Of a stretch of DNA of 64,000 nucleotides, positions 15,001 to 30,000 are shown one piece after another (positions within the stretch are counted from its first letter, which is position 1; every line of letters begins with the position of its first letter). The DNA is from Antedon mediterranea. Taxonomy: Eukaryota; Animalia; Echinodermata. The stretch covers positions 34,150,388 through 34,214,387 of the forward strand of contig NC_092670.1 in the NCBI RefSeq assembly GCF_964355755.1, given 5' to 3'. A model generated the notes under the pieces. That model had not been told where the DNA came from. It did not search any database and worked only from the letters and a program-made list of their open reading frames with translations. The translations under genes and the position numbers were made by a program.

Positions 15001-18000
15001 AACATTATCTAATAGTATAGGTGGTAATTTATTCAGATGAGAAACAGGAATACTAAGACGTTTTACAAAGTTTTAGAGGCTGTTTTGATTCAAGAAAAAT
15101 CCTGACCATCAGATTATGCACTGCATATATCATTGGATGGTATTGGTATCCTGTGCTTCTATTTTAAAAATGGGTTTGTTTACCAGCAAATTGTATAGTA
15201 ATATGTAAATAGGTAATTCAGTGTGCGTTAAAATAAATGCGTACAACTTACCTTCTGGGTATTCACAGCGTTTTCCTATATAGCCTCCGTGGCATATACA
15301 TTTATAGTAATCTTCACCAAAGTCAGATGATTCCTCATGATATTCATAAAAACATTCTCCTCCATTTTGGCACCGATTAAGTTCACAAATTTCTGGAGAG
15401 TAATCAGACAATGTTAAGTTCCCACTTTAGTAATTAAAAAAATGTTAATTGCAAATACAATTGGATTCAAAATCATCTATATTATCAGCATTTTTTTCTT
15501 AAAAAGTGCAAAGTTGTATACAAAATTGAACAATGCCATCTTAAGTTTCCTGAAATATTTTTATTACTAACCTTTGCACTGAGGTGTTTCTGTTACGGTA
15601 CCATCTACACAGAGTGAAGAATGTGGACCCACTAAAACGTAGCCAGCAAGACATGAGAACTCAACCACATCACCATCTTCAACAGGACTAATTGGAGGAC
15701 CATTTTCAAGTATAGGATAGCAATATACTATTACTAAATACCAAAAAAAAATGAACCATTAATTTATTTTTAGGACACGTTTTCATCTTTCAAAAAAGGC
15801 AATTTGACCCTTAATTCTGAGTGCCCCTATGGGATACCCTTCCAATTTCCTAATAAAGTAAAGCTCAGGTTCCACTATCATTCTTTTTTCATCCGTATTT
15901 ACTGATTCGTACTGATACGAAAGTTACTCCCTTGGTTCTTATAATTAGTTTTGGTCATTAAATGAACAAAGATGCATTGTAATACTTGTTTTTATTAACA
16001 ATAAAAAAAATTAGGTACAGATGAAGTTAATACAGAACACTTCCTTAGGAACACTCCGATATTCTCATGTACTGTAGAACAAACCAGCAGCAATACATAT
16101 ATTGATATATACAACACCCTTTAAGGAGATGCTTTTCTGGGACCAAAAGGTGTCCCTTTATATACTGTAAATCTTAATATCTATGGGAGGCTTCAATGAC
16201 AATACAAAGCTAAACTTCAACCATCAAACTTAACAATGATTAGAATGTTGTTAACTTACATTCACATGTTGGAATTTCATGGTCATATTTTCCATCTAAG
16301 CAGACAAGAGAATTCTGCCCCAACAATCTATATCCATTCAAACATCCAAATGTGGTCACACCACCAGGAGTAGGGTCTCCACTTACATATCCATTTTGAA
16401 TTGTAGGTAAAGGGCAACTTCCTAAATAAATATGCAAGGAATTATATTAAAATATTTCATTTAAATATTTATTAAGGCATTGTCAAGAGATTCCACGAAC
16501 ATACTGTAATCCACTAATATCGGTTGATATTCAGAAAAAAATGTTATATAGACATAGATAAAGTTTGTGGTTTAGAGGCTGTTTTGATGTGATATTTGAT
16601 ATGGCATATTGTCAAGAGTTTCCACCAACATTATCTAATAATATAGGTGATATTTATTGAGATAACAAAAAGGAACACTAAAGACATTTTACAAAGTTTT
16701 AGAGGCTGTTTTGATGCAAGAAAAAATCCTGACCATCAGGATTATACACTGTATTTATATCATTGGCTTTTATTTAAAAAATTGTTACCAATTTCTGTAA
16801 CTTGTAGTAAGTTGTATAATAACATGTTAATAATATAGGTGGATTCAAGTAGTGGACCAGCCGCCCCAGGGTTCCCTCGCCGCCCCGGGGTTCCCTCTCC
16901 CCCCAACTCCTAAATTTTGCTAATTGTAATCATGAGTGGCCGAGCGGTTAAGATAACATCAGCAAGGATTCGAGGCTCACTCGCTCCATGGTTCTGGTGG
17001 TAGAACGAGTCTTCTCCGATAAGGACTATAAATCGTAGGTCCAGTGTACACATCTAGCTTATGTGCACTTTAAAGAACCTAGTACGTCTTTCAAAACGAG
17101 TAGGGGGTACCCTGGTGTACTAGTACATCACAGCCACTGATCATAACTGGGCCCTCTGGGAGACCAGTCTTTGACTCTGAAGAGGTCGGCCAGTATAAAT
17201 AAAATAATTAAATAATCCAAAAGACAGGATACTAAATTTAGTTTGGCACCCTCCCTATTTCATAAGCCTAGATCCACCACTGAATAGGTAATTCAGTGTG
17301 TTCAAATAAATGCGTACAACTTAATACCTTCTGGGTATTCACAATGCATTCCAAAATAGCCTACTGGACATATACATTTATAGCCAGGGTTATCTTCACT
17401 GTAGTCAAATGCATCCTCCAGAGAATTCACAAGACAATCTCCTCCATTTTGGCACACATTAACTTCGCAGAATTGTGGATTGTAATCGGACGATGATGAA
17501 GTTCCCTCTTTAATAATCAAGAAAATGATAATTGTAAATTGCCGAAATAAAATTGAAATCAAAATCATCATCTATCATCTCATAATCTTTTTTTTTTCAT
17601 TTTTTTCTTAACGGCCTATTACTGATTCTTCATAATATCATAATAACAATCACTTCAATTGTTCAATTGTTCACAATATTATAATAACAGTCACTTCAAT
17701 TGTTATGGCCTATTACTGATTCTTCATCCATATCAACTTTATCACTTTCTTTTTAATTCATATCCTCTTCATCATTTTTATTGCTTTCACCTGAATCTAT
17801 GTCACCCTCATCAGTGTCATCCTTATCAATGTCATTATAATCCATAATTAATATGGTGCAAACAGACTTGAACCCATATTACATCAAATCCATATTCAAA
17901 CAATTTTACCAGATAAACTCACCCGGAATCTGACAGTGATATCCTTTAAAATCTGATGGACAGTCACACACATATTCAAATTCTAAGAAATTAGGTAGGC

Positions 18001-21000
18001 CATTTGACGATAAATCGGTTAAAGTGTCTTTTACAATGCATCGTCCACCATTCTCACAGGGATTCACAGAACATGGATTTGTCACATCCTCAGATGAATA
18101 GGAAGGCTCAGGTTCTTTAAAAAAAGGGAAAACATGAAAAACAACTCAGAAACACCCTAATTGGATTTGTTGATTTTGTGTTTCAATCTGCTTGAAATCC
18201 ATTTTAAAAATAATTGCTCTGTTTTGGCCCCTTTAACAGAGTTCCAAGTGCTAAAAAAAAATTTGTTTTTAAATAAAATTGTAGAGGGCGCTATTAAACA
18301 TGCTCGGACATCTGCATTTACAGTAAACAATGGCAATGGTGGAAAACGTGTTGGGGAAAAAAACATCTATCGCACCTTATAAAGAAACTAGGACCTACTA
18401 GTAAATGACAAATGTATGCTTTATCTGCAAGTATTTTCCATATTAAAAATAATAGTAGTTAAAAATTGCACATTACTAGGAAACATGAGGATTACTTGAA
18501 TTGGAAAAACTCCCACAATTATCCAGATAGTTGGGAGTTCTGCCATAAGCTATTCATCACAACTTACTTGAGACTTCACAATGGAACCCTGAATATGGTG
18601 GCTCACACTGGCACAAGTAAAGCAATTGCATTTCTCCAGTAAACGATGTTGCGACTGGTGGTAATAAATCGCCAGGAATACAATTGCCACCGTTGTAGCA
18701 TGGGTTTGGATCACAGGGGTCTGGCAGAGGTGTAGTTGTGAAGTCTGGTAGAGGTGTAGGTGCGGAAGACTCATAATCGACTGAAAATAACAAAAAAAAA
18801 GTGTTATTATACAGGGAACACAAAAACTTCATCAAAAATCGAAAGCCAAGCCCTACTTTCTCCAGTTTGTGTGGTAAATGTGTATAATTATAAAATAAAA
18901 AGTTTCAACATGGGAAAGGTAAACATCCTTTGCATGCAATATCACCTTAATTGTCAGTTAAGTCACAATAATAATATACTAAATAAATATTGATATTTAT
19001 TTACTTAAATATTAATAAATTTAATCTATTGTGAGACCCTCTTTTAAGCAACAATCAGGTCCATGCAATAATGGGAAGTGGACACTTACCAGAGGACCTA
19101 CCGATGGACACCTTAAAGAACATCTTTCGAGACGATTAGTGGATTACTGATCATAACTGGGTCCTGGGAGACTAGTCTTTGACTAAAGAGGTTCGCCCAG
19201 CATAAATAAATAATAACAAACAAACAAACAAGATTAACGTACCTTCTTCACAAGTTGGTATGTCTCCATAGCTTCCATCTATGCATGTGAGAAACTGACG
19301 ACCCACTAATGTGTATCCTTCATTACAGTGAACCTCAATCATCTCACCTTCAGTGTTTAAGCCAATGGCGACTCCGTTAATTATCGCTGGTGTGGGACAT
19401 GTAGCTAAACAATATTGAAAATAGAAGTAGTAGTAGTAGTAGTAGTAGTCTGCAGCTCAACTTGAAACATGGCTAATAATAATCATTATATTACATAGCC
19501 TATGTGATAGGAGAACATGATTGATCGAAATGGCATTACATGACTAGCTCTCACAGGATCCAAAACATTATATTCACACAAAAAAAATTCCCTATGATAT
19601 CAAATGTTATATTACATCTCTAAGCAGGCCATATCTATAATTTAAGATTATTATAGGAAATATTAGCTAGCTGTGGCCCAGTGGCCATATTCACCAATCA
19701 CACTTAAGCGAGATATTTCCCTTAAAGATGTATTGTCCCTTGAAACACAAAAAAAATGAAGGTCAAAATATTCTAAATTTAAATTGGCCATATCAAAGTA
19801 ATATTAAAGTTATTCACTTTAAGTCGAAAATTCGGGCCAAAAACAACAAGTTTACGTAATTAACAGGTAAATTAATTTGATTACATTTCGTCTGGAAAAT
19901 CGTAGCGAGCGAAAGTAAACAAAGATTTCAAACAATGAGTATGCATTATGCATGATGCTAATTAGGATTGTTTACAACTCTTTACGGTTGAGAATGTGTT
20001 TTCACACAGATCGCGAGGAAGTTTTATGATACAGAGTAGCCAAATAAGTGTGTTGCATTATGAGATATGTTTTGATCGAAAATTTTGACTGGAAGTCAAA
20101 GTTATTTTTTGAACAAAAAAACGTCTGTAGTTTAGTTAAATATTTTTTTTTTCTACTAATTTTTGGTGAAAGTTAATAACTATTATGATACTTCAAAATG
20201 ACCCACTTTTTTTCGATTTTTTTAAAATTTATTTTGGAATTAGTCAAAGGCACAATACATCTTTAAATATTAAGTAGTTCACTTAACTCAATAAATATTT
20301 AAATATTTTCCTTAACTTGTATTGATAGATACTGTAGGAGATTTTTATTTTAAGGTTAAGGGTTTCCTTTAGACTAAGTGTGAAAGGGGATTACCTGGTT
20401 CCCTCCTCTATCTTACCTGGTAATGTCCTGATTTCACAATGATAACCAGCATAACCCTCGTCACAGATGCATGTATAACTCTCAACTGAGGAAGCACTAC
20501 TGAATGACTCCCACTGCGGTACTCGGAGAGCACGGCATGTACCTCCATTTTGACATGGATTTTCATCACATGGTCCAACAACATCTGATGACTCGCTCCT
20601 ACCTATAATTTCAAAAACATCTAATGAATATAGTCACAGTCACAAGATATTTTATTAAAATGTAAAGGTAGTCGCTTAGATAAGCAAATCTAAAGATTCT
20701 AATCATTGACGAAAGTAATAGGAGTTAGTTGTAAACACTCATATACAAAATGGTGAATCTACATACAATGGATGCTTTAAAAAAGGATTACCAGACCTTT
20801 GCAGAGTGCATTGGTTAAATATTTATCAGATTACGACATATGAAATTCCACACAACTACAACCTATTTGTACATTTAAAACAATCTGGAGAAATTGCATT
20901 TTAGTGGAGATCAAAAGATTACTCTCTCTTGAGAAATTTGAGGGACTCTTACATCACTCGGTAATCGCAGAATGTCAACTTAGGCTCTGTCTACACTATC

Positions 21001-24000
21001 AAACTTAATGTGACAAAAAAATGTGACATGATGATGTCATAGCACTAACATATTTGGGAATTTCACTAACATATCACACAACATGTCACGTTTCATAGTG
21101 TAGACAAAGCTTTACAATTGCACAAAATCACTTTTACATGGATTACTGTACCTGAAATAAGACTGCAAGTATCTCCCTCTACTCCTGGTGGACATTGGCA
21201 TCGGTACGTTGCTCCTTCTTTGGTACATATACCTCCATTCTGACATGGATTAATCACACAGGGATCAGGCACTAGTTAAATACAAATACATAGCATCTTT
21301 ACATGCCAGATGAGGTATGATGTTTAATCAGGAGGGGCAATGCTAATCACAGAATTTCCTTAACCTACAATTGCACAAAATCACTTTTACATGGATTACT
21401 GTACCTGAAATAAGACTGCAAGTATCTCCCTCTACTCCTGGTGGACATTGGCATCGGTACGTTGCTCCTTCTTTGATACATATACCTCCATTCTGACATG
21501 GATTAATCACACAGGGATCAAGGACTGTTAAATACAAAGTAATACACCAACATTAATGATCATTCAATGTCAATGAAGTAATTACCTTCATTTATGGAAA
21601 AGTGCATTGAACTTTTTATAAAGCCTTGTCTACACTACACCATCAAACTATGTCCAAAAAATGTGCTCATATATGGTAGTGCTATGCTTAAATATGGAAG
21701 TGATCATTATGTCCATATATAAGCACATCACATTTGTTCGACACATACAGTTTGATAGTGTAGACAAGGCTTAAGAGAACTAAAAAATAGGACTGAATAA
21801 TACCTGTATTAATGGTACTACTAGTGTAAATAATATTTTTACAATAAATTGCACACAACTCGTCTAGAAAAGAACCGATTAAATTGTGCTACCAACCATT
21901 TCCCCCAGATGGCAGTAGAACAACTAACCATAATTTATTTCCTTTTGGAATCACATGGTGTACTACAAATTCAAACTTTCTTTTTTCTAAGTAGGATACT
22001 AAAAATTGACTATATATTCATTTCCAGAAATAAACAGTACCTGGAGGAACAGTATCACAATTGGCACCTTCAAACCCTGGTAAGCATTCACAGCGATATC
22101 GCATGGGTTCATTAATGCACCTTCCTCCGTTCCTACATGGGTTTCTCTCACAGTGGTCTACCTCTTCTGGATGATCTTCAAGAAATTATTACATTAGAAT
22201 AAACATTATTATATTATATTTTTGAATTACTGTATCTAATGGGAAATTCCAATTTGAAAATGTCTACAATAATTTTGTCAAAATTCAAATTCCTAAAAGA
22301 GACAACAGTGAACATAATGAGTATGAGACTCTTCTAGCTGTTGGTATCATTAGAGACAACAGTGAACATAATGAGTATGAGACTCTTCTAGCTGTTGGTA
22401 TCATTAGAGACAACAGTGAACATAATGAGTATGAGACTCTTCTAGCTGTTGGTATCATTAGAGACCACAGTGAACATAATGAGTATGAGACTCTTCTAGC
22501 TGTTGGTATCATTAGAGACCACAGTGAACATAATGAGTATGAGACTCTTCTAGCTGTTGGTATCATTAGAGACCACAGTGAACATAATGAGTATGAGACT
22601 CTTCTAGCTGTTGGTATCATTAGAGACCACAGTGAACATAATGAGTATGAGACTCTTCTAGCTGTTGGTATCATTAGAGACCACAGTGAACATAATGAGT
22701 ATGAGACTCTTCTAGCTGTTGGTATCATTAGAGACCACAGTGAACATAATGAGTATGAGACTCTTCTAGCTGTTGGTATCATTAGAGACCACAGTGAACA
22801 TAATGAGTATGAGACTCTTCTAGCTGTTGGTATCATTAGAGACCACAGTGAACATAATGAGTACGAGACTCTTCTAGCTGTTGGTATCATTAGAGACCAC
22901 AGTGAACATAATGAGTATGAGAATCTTCTAGCTGTTGGTATCATTAGAGACCACAGTGAACATAATGAGTATGAGACTCTTCTAGCTGTTGGTATCATAG
23001 AGACCACAGTGAACATAATGAGTATGAGACTCTTCTAGCTGTTGGTATCATTAGAGACCACAGTGAACATAATGAGTATGAGACTCTTCTAGCTGTTGGT
23101 ATCATTAGAGACCACAGTGAACATAATGAGTATGAGACTCTTCTAGCTGTTGGTATCATTAGAGACCACAGTGAACATAATGAGTATGAGACTCTTCTAG
23201 CTGTTGGTATCATTAGAGACCACAGTGAACATAATGAGTATGAGACTCTTCTAGCTGTTGGTATAATTAGAGACCACAGTGACCATAATGAGTATGAGAC
23301 TCTTCTAGCTGTTGGTATCATTAGAGACCACAGTGAACATAATGAGTATGAGACTCTTCTAGCTGTTGGTATCATTAGAGACCACAGTGAACATAATGAG
23401 TATGAGACTCTTCTAGCTGTTGGTATCATTAGAGACAACAGTGAACATAATGAGTATGAGACTCTTCTAGCTGTTGGTATCATTAGAGACCACAGTGAAC
23501 ATAATGAGTATGAGACTCTTCTAGCTGTTGGTATCATTAGAGACCACAGTGAACATAATGAGTATGAGACTCTTCTAGCTGTTGGTATCATTAGAGACCA
23601 CAGTGAACATAATGAGTACGAGACTCTTCTAGCTGTTGGTATCATTAGAGACCACAGTGAACATAATGAGTATGAGAATCTTCTAGCTGTTGGTATCATT
23701 AGAGACCACAGTGAACATAATGAGTATGAGACTCTTCTAGCTGTTGGTAACATAGAGACCACAGTGAACATAATGAGTATGAGACTCTTCTAGCTGTTGG
23801 TATCATTAGAGACCACAGTGAACATAATGAGTATGAGACTCTTCTAGCTGTTGGTATCATTAGAAACCACAGTGAACATAATGAGTATGAGACTCTTCTA
23901 GCTGTTGGTATCATTAGAGACCACAGTGAACATAATGAGTATGAGACTCTTCTAGCTGTTGGTATCATTAGAGACCACAGTGAACATAATGAGTATGAGA

Positions 24001-27000
24001 CTCTTCTAGCTGTTGGTATAATTAGAGACCACAGTGACCATAATGAGTATGAGACTCTTCTAGCTGTTGGTATCATTAGAGACCACAGTGAACATAATGA
24101 GTATGAGACTCTTCTAGCTGTTGGTATCATTAGAGACCACAGTGAACATAATGAGTATGAGACTCTTCTAGCTGTTGGTATCATTAGAGACCACAGTGAA
24201 CATAATGAGTATGAGACTCTTCTAGCTGTTGGTATCATTAGAGACCACAGTGAACATAATGAGTATGAGACTCTTCTAGCTGTTGGTATCATTAGAGACC
24301 ACAGTGAACATAATGAGTATGAGACTCTTCTAGCTGTTGGTATAATTAGAGACCACAGTGAACATAATGAGTATGAGACTCTTCTAGCTGTTGGTATCAT
24401 TAGAGACCACAGTGAACATAATGAGTACGAGACTCTTCTAGCTGTTGGTATCATTAGAGACCACAGTGAACATAATGAGTATGAGACTCTTCTAGCTGTT
24501 GGTATCATTAGAGACCACAGTGAACATAATGAGTATGAGACTCTTCTAGCTGTTGGTATCATTTTGCAACAAATAAATCCTGTCCACATTTCTATTGTTC
24601 TATTCTATTGTTTGTTGATTATAAAACCTTTGGAACAACATCAAACAAGCCTCATGAAATAGGTGAGTGGTGGTACCAAGAGTTGGGTAGCAGAGTGGAG
24701 GAGTAGCCATGTGGTTAAGACACTTTGTCATACAGAGAGACCCGGGTTCAATTCCTGTCAACTTCCAGTCTACTCAGCTGTAAATGAGTACTTGCTTGAA
24801 AATACAAGGGAGGATAAGGTGGCGCGGAAAGGAACTGGCCAATGTTTCAACACATAATGCAGAGGTGTAGTAAAATAAGCTCCTACCTACTTGGAGCTAT
24901 ACTCTATAAAAATTGCAGTTGGGCTACATTCTTCAGAAACAAGTAGGGGATTAATTCTCGGTATACTCAACTTTTAGAATTCTAGACTTTTGAGTATTAT
25001 CCTTAATGTGCAACAATTGTTATATTCTAATCAATTCTAACTTTCAAAGATGAAAGGTGGACAGACACAATTTCAAAGTCTTCCAGCCAGCTTAACTTTT
25101 TCCACCAATCTCTAGCTACATCACTGAGCTTATAAGCACTCAGTAGTTTTAACTAGATGTATGTGATTGTGTTTGCAGCAGTAAAAAAAATATGACTTCA
25201 TAATACAGGAAACGCAAGCATAAATGCAAAATTTTCTAAATTATTGTTTACCTGAAATTTCACAATTTTTCCCAGAATACCCAGGCTTACAAAGACATGA
25301 ATATTCCTCAGTGTAGCTGAAGCTAAAGCTGAATGAGCTAGCTACGCTTTTTTCTTCAGCTGGTTGTAATTCCAAACATCGCCCTTCGTGCTGACATGGG
25401 TTCAGGTCACATGGACCGATGACGGATGCTGAAGATGTTGATGATTCAACTAGTGATAAAAATATCAAAAAAGACATTCGTTGTGATAAGAATGAGTGAT
25501 TATATTATATTTGAAGATGTATAGTCTAAAGCTCTGTCTACACTATAAAACAATATGTGACAAAATAATTTGATGTGCCCATATATGGACAAAATGATAT
25601 CACATCAATCATCACATCATATTTGTGCACATCACCACCATATTTGGGCACATCACACTTTGTTTGTCAAACTAGTTTGCTATTGTAGACAGAGCTTAAA
25701 GCGGAAAAAGTGTGAATCATTTAATACATTATGGGATAAATATGGGACTTACCTTTACCTTTACATAACCTTTACCTTTACATATCATATTTAAGTTGAT
25801 TTTCAATGACACAACATGACTAGCACTACTCTGAGTAGTAAATGAATCCTAAGAGATTTGAACCATCAACTTCTAGCTGACAAGGTGATGACAAGGTCAG
25901 TATCACAACCATTGCACCACAGACGCGTTTTATAACAAAATAAATTTATTTGGAATATATCCGTTTTGAGCTATGCTATGCAGAACCATAGTAACTGTTA
26001 AGCTTTTTTAAAGCGTTAAACACTGAATTACCCCATATAGTCAATGTGTATTACTCACGTGGTATGCGGTTTTCACAATGTGTTCCAGTGTAACCAACAC
26101 GACAGGTACATATGTAATGCTCGAAAGCAGATGAATCACTATATGAATCTTCTTCATCGCCAATATACTCACGACACGTACCACCATTTTTACATCTTTG
26201 TGGTGTGCATAATTCTTCAGTGAAAGAAATTTATTTTATTTTATATAACTTTAATTTGATTGATGGTTACAAAATACAAAACAATATAAGTAAACACATT
26301 TTTATTTCAGTAGCACAATTATAAATGCTGATTATAGCAAGTTAGTCTTCCAAACTTTTAAAATTATTACACTAAATATTAAACACATATTGTATAAATG
26401 TATTTTAAATACAGGAGTTATGGAAATCACTCCCATGCAGTCCACTTGTATTATTAATATCAGTTTCCAAATTGATGCTGTCATTGTTTAGCAATATATA
26501 TAAAAACATTCTTTTTGGCATATGCTGATTTGAATAAACCCACGAATTTCAGAAAAAAGGTCGGCAAAAAATTGCCACACACGGTGGTAAATATGCTGCT
26601 TACTGGAAACTTTTCGCAACCAGGCTGCTTTATCAACGTTCCGAGTATATTCCATTTAATCATTTAGTTTATTTAAAAAGAAATGTTGATTAAAGATTAA
26701 ATTCTTTGAAAACAACATACCTTGTTCAATAATTATTTGGCAATTAGTGCCTACAAAACCAATCTCACAGATACACACGTAGTTATTAACTAGGTTGTCG
26801 ACACCTGGTACAGGTACTGAACTACAGGTGGCGCCATTTAAGCATGGATGTGAATGACAAGGACCTTCGGACACTGATGGAATTGCTAAAAAAAATATAT
26901 GTAATATGTATAAATTCAATGTATGTTTTGAATAGTTTATTATTATGACATTTACTCAAACAGATAATAGGGAGCATTTGATTTGCGATGACCAATGATC

Positions 27001-30000
27001 AGCGTGTCATGTTCACCGTGCGCATTCAGGGATATTGGGACTTGTTTCATCGCTCCCCACGTTGACACAGTTTTGATCGCTTCTAAGGCCAGACGACACA
27101 TCGATTAACCTCACCTAGAAAGTTGTGGGTCATGAAATAAAAAGCTTCCTATTGTCACCTTTAAGCCTGGTTCTCACTATGGTCACAACATAAGGACACG
27201 CACGCGTTGTTCAGCCAATCACATAAATCATTCAAACTGTCACATGTGATTGATGTAATTACACGCACGCGTTGTTCAGCCAATCACATAAATCATTCAA
27301 ACTGTCACATGTGATTGATGTAATTAATTGCATTGATTATTCGTCATTGCATTGCAACCAAGTTTTAGTTGTCTTAAGCTCTTTCTACACTATCAAACTA
27401 GTTTTACAAAAAAAGTGTGATGTGCTTGGGTAGTATAGTTGCCCAAATATGGTAGTGATATGTCCAAATATGTGATTGTGAAGACTTACTGCAGAATTCA
27501 CCAGTGTAACCATCATAGCAGTCACAGAACTGCTCTCTATTAAATGGGCCGCCTCGACAAATTCCATTGTTGCCACAATCAAGCACACAAAGTTGCAGTT
27601 CACTTTCACTATTTTCACTTGAAAAGGAGAAGGAATTTTGGTTGTCGTCGACTGAAAGAACACACAAGTAAAATCAACTAATTAATACAATCTTAATTTG
27701 TAACCACATATCTTTCTACATTTTTTATTTAAAATGTTGAATAAAACCAGAGTGTCTTAACCATTTGGCCACTCATTCACTCTCCATACTAGTGCTGTAG
27801 CCCCAAGAAGTGTGGAGCAGTAGCCAAAGAAGTGATCCTTCTGGCTGGGTAATAAGAGAGTAAGAGGCTGTCAAAGTGCACAGTATCATGTAAAAATTTT
27901 ATATTTTTTTAGGAAATCTCCAATAATTTAATGGTGCGTGATAGGAAGAGATAAATCCAGTAGTGTGTGTCTTGTTGAAGTGGTCCGGTCGAAAACTGAA
28001 TAACTGGTGGCTACGACCCTGCATACATGTGAAGATGATGACAATGATAATGATGTAGCGTTGTAGTATAACAACCAAAATGTTAAGACAAACTTTATAT
28101 CCTTTTGGAAACAAATGGTGTACCGCAAATCTAAATTTACTAGTATTTACAAGTTTTCAAATTATTTTACCATATCAAGTTCATAAATAATAATAATTGT
28201 AAAGTTTAAGTTTAACATAGAGATTGCATATTTTATCTGATCCATGGTAAAGTATCTTCTTATTTTTTTATTTTCTTCTTCAAGATTTAATGAATTTTAA
28301 CTGATAATAAAGATTAAGTTTAAATGCAAGTATTTTATTTATATTTACATGCTTATATTGATACCATGCAAATATTGAAAACAATATTGTACCCTAGGAA
28401 GGTGTATAACTAAAAAATGAACATATTTCTAGAGAGTACCCTCTCTAGAAATACAATCAATCTTAACTCACCTTGTTGGCAGTTGTGACCAATAAATCCA
28501 GGGAGACAGTGGCATCTGTAAATCTTTAAACTGACTTCGATACATGCACCTCCATTTTGACAATAATTTGTCTCTTCACATGGTCCTTTAACTCCTAATA
28601 AATAAAATGATAGTAATATTAATCCATCACATAGATGTTTTTTAAGGGACAATGTTAATATTATTCTACTGCAGTAACTTTTGTTTACTGTACTCTTTCA
28701 CCTATTTAATGCAATTATTTACCAAGCTGTGATGTTGAACTAAAAAACCTTCAGGCATTGAAAAAGCTAAAATAAAAAAATGCAGTTACTGCAGTAACTG
28801 CAGTAGAAAGATTTCGACATTATTCCTAAAGCCACGTCTACATGTGTGACGTGCCAAATATGGTAGTGATATGACGTCACATAAAGCTTGTATAGTGCAA
28901 CAACACATTATGCCATCAGAGTATTTCTTTCTAAATTTTTGTTTTGCAGGCACATAATTCTACTCGGAAAAAGAGAAGAAAAATAAAAGTTTGGCGTAGT
29001 AAGTCTGTTTAAAGTAGTTATTTTATTTCATGTTTTTTATCCGTGTCTATTTTTAATCGGTGTCTATTTATAAATGTTATTTTATATATTCACTCATAAG
29101 CCAGAATTGGCTGGTCTTGTATTTCATTGTGATTAAATAAATAAATACACAAATACATAATATCAACAATCTACAATATGACTTTACTTTCATCACAATG
29201 TAGTCCAGTGAATTGAGGTGGACATTCGCATGTGTACTTGTTGATGTTGATGATATGTGTTTTACACATTCCACCATTGTTACACGGATTATTGGTACAG
29301 GCAGTAACAATACCTGAAAAAAAAAAAAAAAAACTAACTGTAAGGTTGTAAAAATGAAGCATAATAAAAAATGTAAACAAAAACACTAAAACCCTTTTCA
29401 CGCACATTTTTACAACTGGGTTTGATCTCCCAATTTCTTACACATTTTCATACATGCATACGCGAATCGCGAGAAATCTTGGGACAAAAAACATAGTTGC
29501 CCGGCAACTCAGGACATCTCAGAACAAAAAAACAGGCCTCTTGTCAGTGTTTTTTTTTTCAGATTTTACAGGGGTCCCTTGTGAAATCTCGGAAGATTTG
29601 CCAGAAAATTCTCTTCACACTATGCAAGGCAAACCTGGCTGTTATTTTTCGCAGGTTTGAAAAGGGTATTTGAGTAAAATTAATATTGAAAATTTATTTT
29701 TTAACTTACAAACACATTGACTTACAAACACATTGGTCTGAGGTGCCTAATAAGTTTATTACAGTATTGGGTCTATATTAGCAAAATCTTGGACACAAGG
29801 ATTACAGAGTAAAGTTCAATCAATGTAATTTCACTAAATATACTTACGATGTTCACAGTTTTCTCCATAGAATCCTTGATGGCATACGCAATAATATTTA
29901 CCATCACTAGCCAACTTACAAGTACCATCCACACACGGAAAGCAGAAGTCACTAATCTCTATTAAGATACATGTTTATCTTATTTATTCAAATTTCTCCT

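Noticed and set aside
13814-15424. Pseudogenisation of the large gene by frameshifts at two EGF exon starts
   Set aside because: A good in-phase downstream acceptor exists in both copies and all later exons are intact.
22285-24589. Three long minus-strand ORFs ([18 protein letters not shown])n
   Set aside because: Produced by a 54-bp stop-free satellite unit; broken by 1-bp deletions, with no splice signals joining the gene.
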